A stretch of 39,568 bases of DNA from a virus (lineage: Duplodnaviria; Caudoviricetes): positions 1 to 39,568 of IMG/VR virus record IMGVR_UViG_3300048861_000106, one strand, 5' to 3'. Below the pieces are notes generated by a model. It saw nothing but the letters and a program-made list of their open reading frames with translations, was not told the origin of the DNA and did no database searches. Of the stretch, positions 8,401-15,113 are shown one piece after another. How positions within the stretch are numbered: position 1 is the first letter of the stretch; the number at the start of each line of letters is the position of its first letter. Made by a program: the position numbers and the translations under genes.

Positions 8401-11136
8401 CACGCGGGTGATCGTGTAGTCGAGATCGACGGTATAGCCCTGCCACTCCGCCCGGAAGGTAGCCCGGCCGCTGTCGGCATAGAGGAAGTTGACCGCGTAG
8501 CTGCCGGTCAGCGCGTTGATGCTGACGTCAACGCCCACCTCCGAGATGACGGAGAATTTGACGTCCTCGGTGACCTTCCCCAGCGCGTAGTTCAGGACGA
8601 ATTGACCACCCGCGTTCGAGAGATCTCCGTCCTCACGCACCAAGGCCGTCGGGTTGGTCAGCGATGCAACCGGCGGCGTGTTCAGAGTTTCGTTGAGATC
8701 GAAGGTGCCGTCGAGCGGGGCCGACTCCATCCCCCGACGATCAACCGAGTAGATACGGAAACGGTATGTGCCCGGCTGAGCCTCCTGCATTTCGTAGAAG
8801 GTTTCATTCGTGCGGCCGAGCTGGAGCCACGGCCCGCCATTGAACGTATATTCGACCCGGTAGCCGTCGAGGAACAGCGTGGCAGGTCGGCCCCAGGCGA
8901 CCGTCAGGACACGCTTCTGCTGATAGTTCGACGTGAAATTGCGGACGAAGAACATGCCGCCAACCGGCACGGTCGGGGATGGCACAGTGCGGTCTGGCAC
9001 CTGCCCGAGAATGTCCTCCTCGCGGACGTTGTCGGACTCAACCCACTTCGACGTGTAGATCTCCGACGCCGTGATCGTGACGAGTTCGCTCTCGTCGTCG
9101 ACCTCGATGTTCATCACACGATACTGCTTCGGCAGCGCCGGCAGGCCGACCGCTTCCAGTGCGACCGGGGCAAACTCAGGGAAGTCGTCCGGGACCGGCG
9201 CGTCGAGGTAGAGTGTGTAAACGTCCCCACGGGTGCTTGGGTTGTTGGTGACGTTGTAGGTCCGGGTGATTGTGGGCTTGCGCCATTCGAGGTCGCCCGG
9301 CTGGCTCGCGATATCCGGGTTGTAGCTCGGGTTCGGGACCGTGAAGTGGACCTTGTAGGCCACCCCAACCTCAAGCCGTAGGGCGTCCCGAACGGTGATT
9401 TGGAGGCGGTCGCCGCTCACCTTTACGACACGGCCGGTCGAGCGCACCTGGCTATTCGAGTTCAGGTCGCCATCGGCGACGCCGATGACGCTGAACTGTT
9501 CCAGCAACCCACCCTGACGGTTGGTGGTGAAGGTCACCATCCGCGTCTCTTTGGTGGACGTCAGCATACGGATCATGCACCGGCGCAGCGCTTCCTGCCG
9601 GTTGTCACAGCCCACCAGAGCGATGGTCGTGTTGCGACGACCCGTGGTGTCGATAGAATGCTGGTCGTAGACGCGGACGCGGTCCTCGACGTAGCGGTTC
9701 TCTCGGTTGCGGAAGACGCCGACGTAGTCGTTAAACCGGCTGTCGAAATCGGTGTGGGAGTAGACGAACTCCCCGGTGATGTTTTCCTTGGTGAAGACCA
9801 TGACTGGCGTCTCAGGTCGCTCGACCTTCATCCGCCAGCGGCCATCGCCCTCATCCCAGCAGAAGCCGCCAACCGCGCCGGCGAGATAGTTGACCAGTTC
9901 GTCAGCCTTCATCGGCTGCTCTTGGAACCAGTGAGCGCTGTAGCGGGGATGCCAACCGCCGCGCCCGTCGGGCACGCGCTCCGAAAACCACTTGGACGCC
10001 TCAAGGGTATCCCAGCGATTCATCGTCGAGCCCGGCACGAGGGCCGAAATGCCTGACAGGTCGTCTTCGATCAGGCCTTTGATCTGCCACGCCGGACATG
10101 CCGTCCAAGCAAGCTGCGTGGTCGCGCCGTCCCAGGGCGCCCCAGTGAAGTCCCGCGAGTCCGGGTTCCAGACCTCGTCCGGCGGCACGCGATGCCGACC
10201 AAGATCATAGATACCGGTCATCTCCGGCACGCCGGTGATCTGATCAGTCGCCTTGCCGAAGATCTGCAGGTAAGAAAGTCCGCGCCACGCCTCGTCGTTG
10301 CCGATCGGCTTGGTGCTTACGCCAGCGACGGACTCCCACTGGATGACGCGGTGCTCTTCGTTGACTCCGTCGACATAGCTGTCGCGCTCCATCAGGCGGC
10401 ACCGGACTTCCCAAGTCCGGTTCGCCCAGGCCCCGGTATTAGGAACCGCAATCCGCAGCTCCTTGATATAGGGGCTCGTAGTTTTACCATTCAGTCGAAT
10501 TTGGCCGGGGATCGGCTCGTACCAGTAGAAACCATCCAGAGACCAACCGTTCTGCAATGCGTAAAGCAACGCCGCAGACCCGTAGCTCATGCCATTCTGA
10601 TTATAAGCGGGAGCCGAAACATCGAGGAGTGGGTTTATCCAAGTCGATGACCCAGATGGCCGCAGCTCTACTTCGATCGTCGCGAAGAGATCATAGATGC
10701 CCTTCTTGTCCTGTTTGTAGAGCTGACTGACCAGCAGCCGGATGTCGATGAAATTGACGTTCGCCTCGGTGACGACGCCGTTCCGCCATTCGCCCGGGAA
10801 GCGCTCATCCTTGTTGTCGAGAGCAAGACCGACCTGATGCGCGCCGGACGACGCCCCCAACTTCAGCTGGACGGGCTGCAGGACCGTCGGGTCACCGTCG
10901 AACAGCGTCGCGGCGAAGTCCGTGAAGGAAGCGTTGCCGTTCCCGTCCTCAATGGGCACTCCATCGACGAACAGGTTCTGAAGGCCACCGGGGGCAAGGC
11001 GGGCACGGGAAGACGTCAGACCAAGCAGGGCTTCAAACGTATCCGTAGACCGAAGGTTATCCGGGCGGTTCCGAAAGGAACCGCCGCCACCGCCGCCGCT
11101 ACCCAGCAGCATCAGATCGTTAGAACTCACTCTCAC
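5404..11136 (-). CDS. Central tail fibre / tip attachment protein J
   Basis: 1910 aa; N-terminal GSGGGG, J-type hub (TACPAW, GCDNRQEALRR), FN3 repeats (RAFDRSGN, AAVDTSGN), I-x-A-G-x-I-T-x-x-K repeats, C-terminal VYDWNNVLRVRMG; start may be GTG 11130. Confidence 0.92.
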   Translation of the reverse strand: MRVSSNDLMLLGSGGGGGGSFRNRPDNLRSTDTFEALLGLTSSRARLAPGGLQNLFVDGVPIEDGNGNASFTDFAATLFDGDPTVLQPVQLKLGASSGAHQVGLALDNKDERFPGEWRNGVVTEANVNFIDIRLLVSQLYKQDKKGIYDLFATIEVELRPSGSSTWINPLLDVSAPAYNQNGMSYGSAALLYALQNGWSLDGFYWYEPIPGQIRLNGKTTSPYIKELRIAVPNTGAWANRTWEVRCRLMERDSYVDGVNEEHRVIQWESVAGVSTKPIGNDEAWRGLSYLQIFGKATDQITGVPEMTGIYDLGRHRVPPDEVWNPDSRDFTGAPWDGATTQLAWTACPAWQIKGLIEDDLSGISALVPGSTMNRWDTLEASKWFSERVPDGRGGWHPRYSAHWFQEQPMKADELVNYLAGAVGGFCWDEGDGRWRMKVERPETPVMVFTKENITGEFVYSHTDFDSRFNDYVGVFRNRENRYVEDRVRVYDQHSIDTTGRRNTTIALVGCDNRQEALRRCMIRMLTSTKETRMVTFTTNRQGGLLEQFSVIGVADGDLNSNSQVRSTGRVVKVSGDRLQITVRDALRLEVGVAYKVHFTVPNPSYNPDIASQPGDLEWRKPTITRTYNVTNNPSTRGDVYTLYLDAPVPDDFPEFAPVALEAVGLPALPKQYRVMNIEVDDESELVTITASEIYTSKWVESDNVREEDILGQVPDRTVPSPTVPVGGMFFVRNFTSNYQQKRVLTVAWGRPATLFLDGYRVEYTFNGGPWLQLGRTNETFYEMQEAQPGTYRFRIYSVDRRGMESAPLDGTFDLNETLNTPPVASLTNPTALVREDGDLSNAGGQFVLNYALGKVTEDVKFSVISEVGVDVSINALTGSYAVNFLYADSGRATFRAEWQGYTVDLDYTITRVRDGAQGPAGASLVVSSSSQHLYFDFRGNLNPIDQVISFTANMQNCVGPLTWLCASFDRSGQKLGDVALRTSADGEQQARDEVTVYLQGKLLPPGSSSVVITARVGEPNNLSYSASVARIQDAAPLASLKLMADRSVIGIDARHQPYPDDQAIVFSTELQNINSPLRWSIGHGFDADHYLTGTGDGRRLTPANLRELLVKSWLDYNDPSLTISVQADGLSDTVRISTLEHYTLDTIPPAIPTGLKLASSSVINDVTGAPVTVIDAWWDANTDEDLAYYGLAIQEEGGGWIETTTALTGWRWTVPAAASFRVAVRAFDRSGNASAYTPEAVIEAARDEVPPHPPTGFSVESGFSQLYLRWVAPWDADVSNMRVYEGATSNFDKASVIATVNAAPGMAGGFTRSGIPTGETRYYWVAAVDTSGNVSDVVGPQGGSPSYVSNIDLTPGLNPIQTVAALPLSTGSGKVVFLSSDRKLYRDTGTGPSAGWDRSTDGTDILAGTVRAAQIAAGAITVSRLAVQGDSLNPDPLFTDPAFYFNYGEGTDGQKPITEMDGWYQETAAESSVRAALGVNSCLTLYEGNPKWAGRGSGKRTIAQGSTYAVPLTVGKTYELSASMFNDIGQNIYIQFVIADVDGEGLALATLTQLADTGYAVNSITFTAPAGAVKGVIQVYNHGTENGAGPIKQNGSAGVSNVQVREQLGSTMIADNGITTPKIAAGAVVADHIRAGTITGDKFSSNTSLPASLVIGETGFSLGTIQKNAADPAAVINANTTQILPGKIIIAGATTLADWKNGPDSTEIRGGVIAANSIKANSLMIGNRGLDIISINFEVSADRQWFSWNGGGFVLWTDDAGNQQSTQIAANGVNMGGWVYIYWEKGAGGFGATTDWVAVRTNPNLVILATWQGAGSGNFLVNYGGTRINGDQIITGSVHANVLQAQTITGYHVSARSITADKLDVGSLSAITANIGLLRTADWGARVEIESNQIRVYDWNNVLRVRMGVW

Positions 11137-12184
11137 CCCGGAAGTAGAACTTGCCCCCTACTTCAGCATGATCGCCAACCGGCACGTAATTCTGACTGAC
11201 TAAATTTCGCTCCGTGTCAATGTGAGCGATGAGGAAGCCCATGTTCCAATGATGGCCATCGCAGTATTCGGCTCCGCGCCGGTGTCCGCAACCGAGCTGT
11301 AGCCACATGCTTGGACCGCGGAGGGCGCTGTAAAAGGATCGGGCTTCGAACTTGTGGTGATGGCCATTGCATCCAGCGAGGCCGCGCTTGATGCCATCAG
11401 GAAAATGATCGACCAGAAAAGTGTCATGATAGACTTCATAATTCTTTCTGATCTCGCGTCGGCAGTCACTCTTGGTCCAGGCAGCGAGGTCACCACGAGC
11501 GATATAGCGAACCTCGTATTTGTCGAGGCCTAGTAGGCTGCCAACCGTCATTCCATGGATATCTGAAAGAACCGCACGAATAGCCGGACTTGCTTCTCCA
11601 AGGTGGCGCAGTAGCCGATATTCGTGGTTGCCCTCGATCATATCGATCTGTGCATCCGGCGCCGCCTCGCGCAGCTCTTCGAGGAAGTCGTGAACCGCCT
11701 TGATGCGACCGACGACATTCCACGTTCTTGGATCGACGGTATATTTTCCAAACTCGGGCAGATCGAACACGTCGCCGCCTAGGCAGATGATATCGGGCTG
11801 AAGCCGCTTCACGGTGTCGATCAGCACTCGCCTGACAAACGGATCGAGATCTTCATCGTGGAGATCCGACGCGACAACCAGCGACTGAAACCGCTTGCCA
11901 CTTGGCTTGAGATAGCGGTCGCCGTAATCGGCCCGGTCGATGTTGAGCTTGCGGATTTCGTCGAAACTGACGTGTTTCGCCACTTGGCCCTGGAGCTGGA
12001 TCTGGAGCCGGGTCGGCATTAGGCCCGCTTGCCGTTTGAACTCCGTGAAGCTGCCGAAAAGGCTATCGATCTCAAAGGTCGAGAATTTTCCCTGCTCTCG
12101 GTACTGCGATCGCGTGACAGTGCCGCTCTCGTTGGCCGCGGCGATGATCTCAATGTCGGCGAGTGCCTGCTGCTTGGTGTCCAA
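11120..12184 (-). CDS. Calcineurin-like metallophosphoesterase with an N-terminal homing-endonuclease-associated-repeat-like domain
   Basis: Motifs SDLH, GGDVFD, EGNHE, GHHH; N-terminal T..QY...G..S...I...FGSF..F...AGL. Confidence 0.85.
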   Translation of the reverse strand: MDTKQQALADIEIIAAANESGTVTRSQYREQGKFSTFEIDSLFGSFTEFKRQAGLMPTRLQIQLQGQVAKHVSFDEIRKLNIDRADYGDRYLKPSGKRFQSLVVASDLHDEDLDPFVRRVLIDTVKRLQPDIICLGGDVFDLPEFGKYTVDPRTWNVVGRIKAVHDFLEELREAAPDAQIDMIEGNHEYRLLRHLGEASPAIRAVLSDIHGMTVGSLLGLDKYEVRYIARGDLAAWTKSDCRREIRKNYEVYHDTFLVDHFPDGIKRGLAGCNGHHHKFEARSFYSALRGPSMWLQLGCGHRRGAEYCDGHHWNMGFLIAHIDTERNLVSQNYVPVGDHAEVGGKFYFRGESEF

Positions 12185-12232
12185 TGCCTGTTCCGGGGTT
12201 GTCCGTGGCTGCCCGCCCTGCCCCCTTCCGCG

Positions 12233-12805
12233 CTAAGCCGGCACGTTCGACGGAAAAGACCCGTAGACGAGGTCGCTGGAGTTCACTTGGAGCGACAGAA
12301 ACTGCCCTCCGACGAGCATCCTGCCGCCCCCCATGCCGATGATGGTTCCGATGCCGGTGGTGTTCTTCCCCGTGCCGATGTACTTCGACGGGGCCGGGTC
12401 ATCCTCCTTCGAGAGGCTTGGCGATTTCATGAAAAAGCTCGCGACGCCACTCAGCACGCTCATCGCACCGGAGATAATCAGAGCGGCGTGCATGGCCGGG
12501 CCAACGAAGGGCAGGAAAGAAATTGCGATCATGGCCGCGCCGATCAGGATGCGCCCGAACTTGCCTCCGCCACCAAACATTGCAGGAACGAGGTGCAGTT
12601 CGTCGACCTCAAGTGGCGCTTTGAGATCGTCCTTTGTCGGACACCCCATCACGTCGATAACCGGCCGTTCGGCGAGCGGCACATCTGCCATACCGACCTG
12701 ACGAGCCCAACCCTCGATCGCATCCGAGGCAGTCTCCGCCGCGATCGTCAGGCCCTCGTACATGGTGGCGAGCACGCCATGGAGAACGATCTTAACCCGC
12801 CGCAA
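12233..12805 (-). CDS. Tail assembly protein I-like (ubiquitin-like N-domain)
   Basis: VKIVLHGVL...AET..DAI...LHLVPAMFGGGG then hydrophobic helices and GRMLVGG; lies between the K-like genes and J. Confidence 0.85.
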   Translation of the reverse strand: MRRVKIVLHGVLATMYEGLTIAAETASDAIEGWARQVGMADVPLAERPVIDVMGCPTKDDLKAPLEVDELHLVPAMFGGGGKFGRILIGAAMIAISFLPFVGPAMHAALIISGAMSVLSGVASFFMKSPSLSKEDDPAPSKYIGTGKNTTGIGTIIGMGGGRMLVGGQFLSLQVNSSDLVYGSFPSNVPA

Positions 12806-13136
12806 TGTCGATCTCCGTCACGACACCTGCATCGAGGCGGTAGGCACGCACGCCATCGGTCCCGATGATGAAGTGGGTCAACTGCGGCCAGTTGCGGAAG
12901 CCATTATAATCCTCTTGGCTCAGCGTCGCCGGGCTCGCCGGATGGGTATGCCATGTGCCGAGCAGATCCGCTTCGTGCGCGAGGAGATCTGCACCAGCGA
13001 TAATGAAGCCGTTGGTGGGTTGTCCGTGCATGTTCTCCGTTTGGAAAGCACGGCCGTCCTTCAGGATGAGGCCACATCGTTCCACCTTGTCGGTCGGCTT
13101 CAGTTTACGCTTCAACTTGCGGGCGATATCGCGCAT
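12792..13136 (-). CDS. JAB/MPN (JAMM) metallopeptidase, tail assembly K N-domain homologue
   Basis: ERCGLI and WHTHP......LSQED JAMM motif. Confidence 0.9.
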   Translation of the reverse strand: MRDIARKLKRKLKPTDKVERCGLILKDGRAFQTENMHGQPTNGFIIAGADLLAHEADLLGTWHTHPASPATLSQEDYNGFRNWPQLTHFIIGTDGVRAYRLDAGVVTEIDIAAG

Positions 13137-13578
13137 CGATCAGATCCTGGATGGTGGTGGCAGGCAGTTCCTGGACGACGTTCGGCACCTCCGGGTGCCG
13201 CAACACGAAACAGGTGCTCATGCGCCAGAAATCGCGGAGTATTTCGGTCCGACTGAACTGCATCAGGGGATGGTGCAGGATCGTGTTCGACCCCACATAA
13301 ATCAGGAAGTGGTTCGGCCTTCCCGCCCCGACTGCGACGCACATCAAGTCGCCCGGCCGCAGGGTTTTCAAGGTCCAATCATACACCTTGGAGAAGCCCT
13401 CTCGCTCGTGGACAATCTCGATCAGATCAAGTTGGTCTGCATCCCAGTCATGGGGAACTGCGTAGTCCGCAATCTCGATCTCGAAATTATCACGATAGAA
13501 GTCACGCACAAGCTTCAGACAATGAACCGAACCCGGAACGTAATTTCTTCCTAGAAGATGCTCATAGGAAAGCGGCAT
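13105..13578 (-). CDS. NlpC/P60 protein, tail assembly K C-domain homologue
   Basis: G.VHCLKLVRDFY (catalytic Cys), LRPGD, NHFLIYVG..TILHH; likely ATG at 13578. Confidence 0.88.
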   Translation of the reverse strand: MPLSYEHLLGRNYVPGSVHCLKLVRDFYRDNFEIEIADYAVPHDWDADQLDLIEIVHEREGFSKVYDWTLKTLRPGDLMCVAVGAGRPNHFLIYVGSNTILHHPLMQFSRTEILRDFWRMSTCFVLRHPEVPNVVQELPATTIQDLIDARYRPQVEA

Positions 13579-13614
13579 GCAGTGAGCTGTGTAGAGAGAC
13601 GATTTGCCCCGCAA
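13579..13614 (-). promoter_or_regulatory. Putative internal promoter for the K-I-J block
   Basis: TTGCGG-N15-TACACA-N9-ATG within a 75-bp intergenic gap; no SD. Confidence 0.4.
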
Positions 13615-13653
13615 GGCTAATCATCTCACTAAGCATAGCTTAACCCCGAACTA

Positions 13654-14145
13654 CTAGATTTCGACCCACGGGAATGCCGGAGGCAGGTACTGCCGGAAGG
13701 GGATCGTCTGGCTGACGGCACCAGAGAAGGTCGCCAGAACCATCGAGATCTGGGTGCGTGAATAGCTCTCGATACGCTTCACGCGGAAGGTCGTTGTTTG
13801 CTTGATGTTGCGATTGGCGATGATGTCGTCGACGAGCACTTTTTTGCGAACCACGATCGCCCCGTCGAGATACCCGTCGTTGATCAACGCCTTGAACGGC
13901 AGCAGGTCGAGGTCTTCCTGGCCGATCTTCAGGCGTGGTGTCGGCGTGCCTTCGGTTGTCATCTGCTCTCCCGACAGGGCGCATGGGACCGACTCATATT
14001 CAAACCCCTGCCAAGTGAGCGGGTTATCGGCCTTGAAGTAGATCGTGCCGCCGGACAGCGGGGAGATCTCAAAGAGATGGATCTTACCGTCGGCTTGGAG
14101 TTTGAGTGCGTCGCGAATGTGCGAGGTTGGAATGGCGTTTGACAT
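13654..14145 (-). CDS. Minor tail protein L-like
   Basis: IHLFEI, LTWQGFEYESVP...G, PTPRLKIG, final FP motif; synteny. Confidence 0.8.
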   Translation of the reverse strand: MSNAIPTSHIRDALKLQADGKIHLFEISPLSGGTIYFKADNPLTWQGFEYESVPCALSGEQMTTEGTPTPRLKIGQEDLDLLPFKALINDGYLDGAIVVRKKVLVDDIIANRNIKQTTTFRVKRIESYSRTQISMVLATFSGAVSQTIPFRQYLPPAFPWVEI

Positions 14146-14546
14146 CAGAAACCTGGGTTGTGCTGGACGAGAACGACTTCAAAGTCTGGGACCAAACCGC
14201 TGCTGTCGGGCAGTGCCTTCGGAATATTGAGTGGATCCGAGAAGCGGCAGGTGATCGGCCCCAAATACTCGTGCCGGTAGACGAAGTTATCCCACGTCTG
14301 GTTCAGCTTGTAAAAATTGAGCAAGCGCCCCGCATTCAAAGCCGGCTCAGTACCAACGTCTAGCGCGTCCCGCGCGGGCGTAAGTCGCCAGCGCATTCCC
14401 GACATCGTCAACTTGAACTTTGGACGATAGGGGACATTGGGTCGAGCGGTGAACTCCCAACCGTTAAATGACGTCGCAGACGGTGCTTCGGGCGCAACCT
14501 CCTCGGCGACATGACTGTTCGGCGCGAAATCGAAGGTTCCGACCAT
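14145..14546 (-). CDS. Distal tail protein (M-like)
   Basis: 133 aa just after the tape measure; LLNFY....WDNFVY; synteny. Confidence 0.7.
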   Translation of the reverse strand: MVGTFDFAPNSHVAEEVAPEAPSATSFNGWEFTARPNVPYRPKFKLTMSGMRWRLTPARDALDVGTEPALNAGRLLNFYKLNQTWDNFVYRHEYLGPITCRFSDPLNIPKALPDSSGLVPDFEVVLVQHNPGF

Positions 14547-14580
14547 GGGGCCGGCCTATCGTTCTCCCGCTTGGCTTCAA
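14547..14580 (-). promoter_or_regulatory. Putative promoter giving a leaderless mRNA for the distal tail gene
   Basis: TTGAAG-N16-TAGGCC-N6-ATG; no well-spaced SD. Confidence 0.45.
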
Positions 14581-14618
14581 GGGATTTCTGCGATAACCGC
14601 GTCGTGGGAGTCCAGGAT

Positions 14619-15113
14619 ATGCGTTGCTTTTTGCTTGCTGTAGTTGCCATCTCGTCGTCCGTAGCTAGTGCCGCGACGATGAATGATGTCGTCGGTCTGG
14701 CCAAAGACCAGAACCATATCGTCACTACGATAGCGGCGGCACTCGATGCCAAAGCGGTAAGTTGCGAATACGTTCGTTCTTTTGGTGTCTACGACGGTCT
14801 GCGAAATCTCCAGGACCGAACCATCGACGTAGAGCGTGCTCTAGTTGACCATCGATCCGGCGATGGCGCGCGTTATGCTGCTGAGCGGACGCTTCCAGAA
14901 TTAGCTGGTATCGTGACCGAGACTCAGTTCCAGCTTGCCGGCGCCCTCCTTCGTCGTGGTTGTCTGGACGATGCCGATACGATCTATCGTGGTATGCAGG
15001 CGGCTTACGCCGCACCATGGTTCAACGCCGTCCGTCAGCGCGCGGTCATTGGGGTGGATGACGTGCGCGTGGCACGGGCGACAATCAGCCGCCCTGCGCC
15101 ACCTGCCGGATGA
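14619..15113 (+). CDS. Exported protein, moron-like, antisense to the tail operon
   Basis: GGGAG SD at 14606 and ATG at 14619; signal peptide MRCFLLAVVAISSSVASAA; TPR-like QFQLAGALLRRGCLDDADTIYR. Confidence 0.7.
   Translation: MRCFLLAVVAISSSVASAATMNDVVGLAKDQNHIVTTIAAALDAKAVSCEYVRSFGVYDGLRNLQDRTIDVERALVDHRSGDGARYAAERTLPELAGIVTETQFQLAGALLRRGCLDDADTIYRGMQAAYAAPWFNAVRQRAVIGVDDVRVARATISRPAPPAG

Noticed and set aside
6742-9381. Long + strand ORFs of 456 aa and 346 aa opposite J
   Set aside because: Antisense shadows of a GC-rich gene; Arg/Gly-rich, no motifs, no SD
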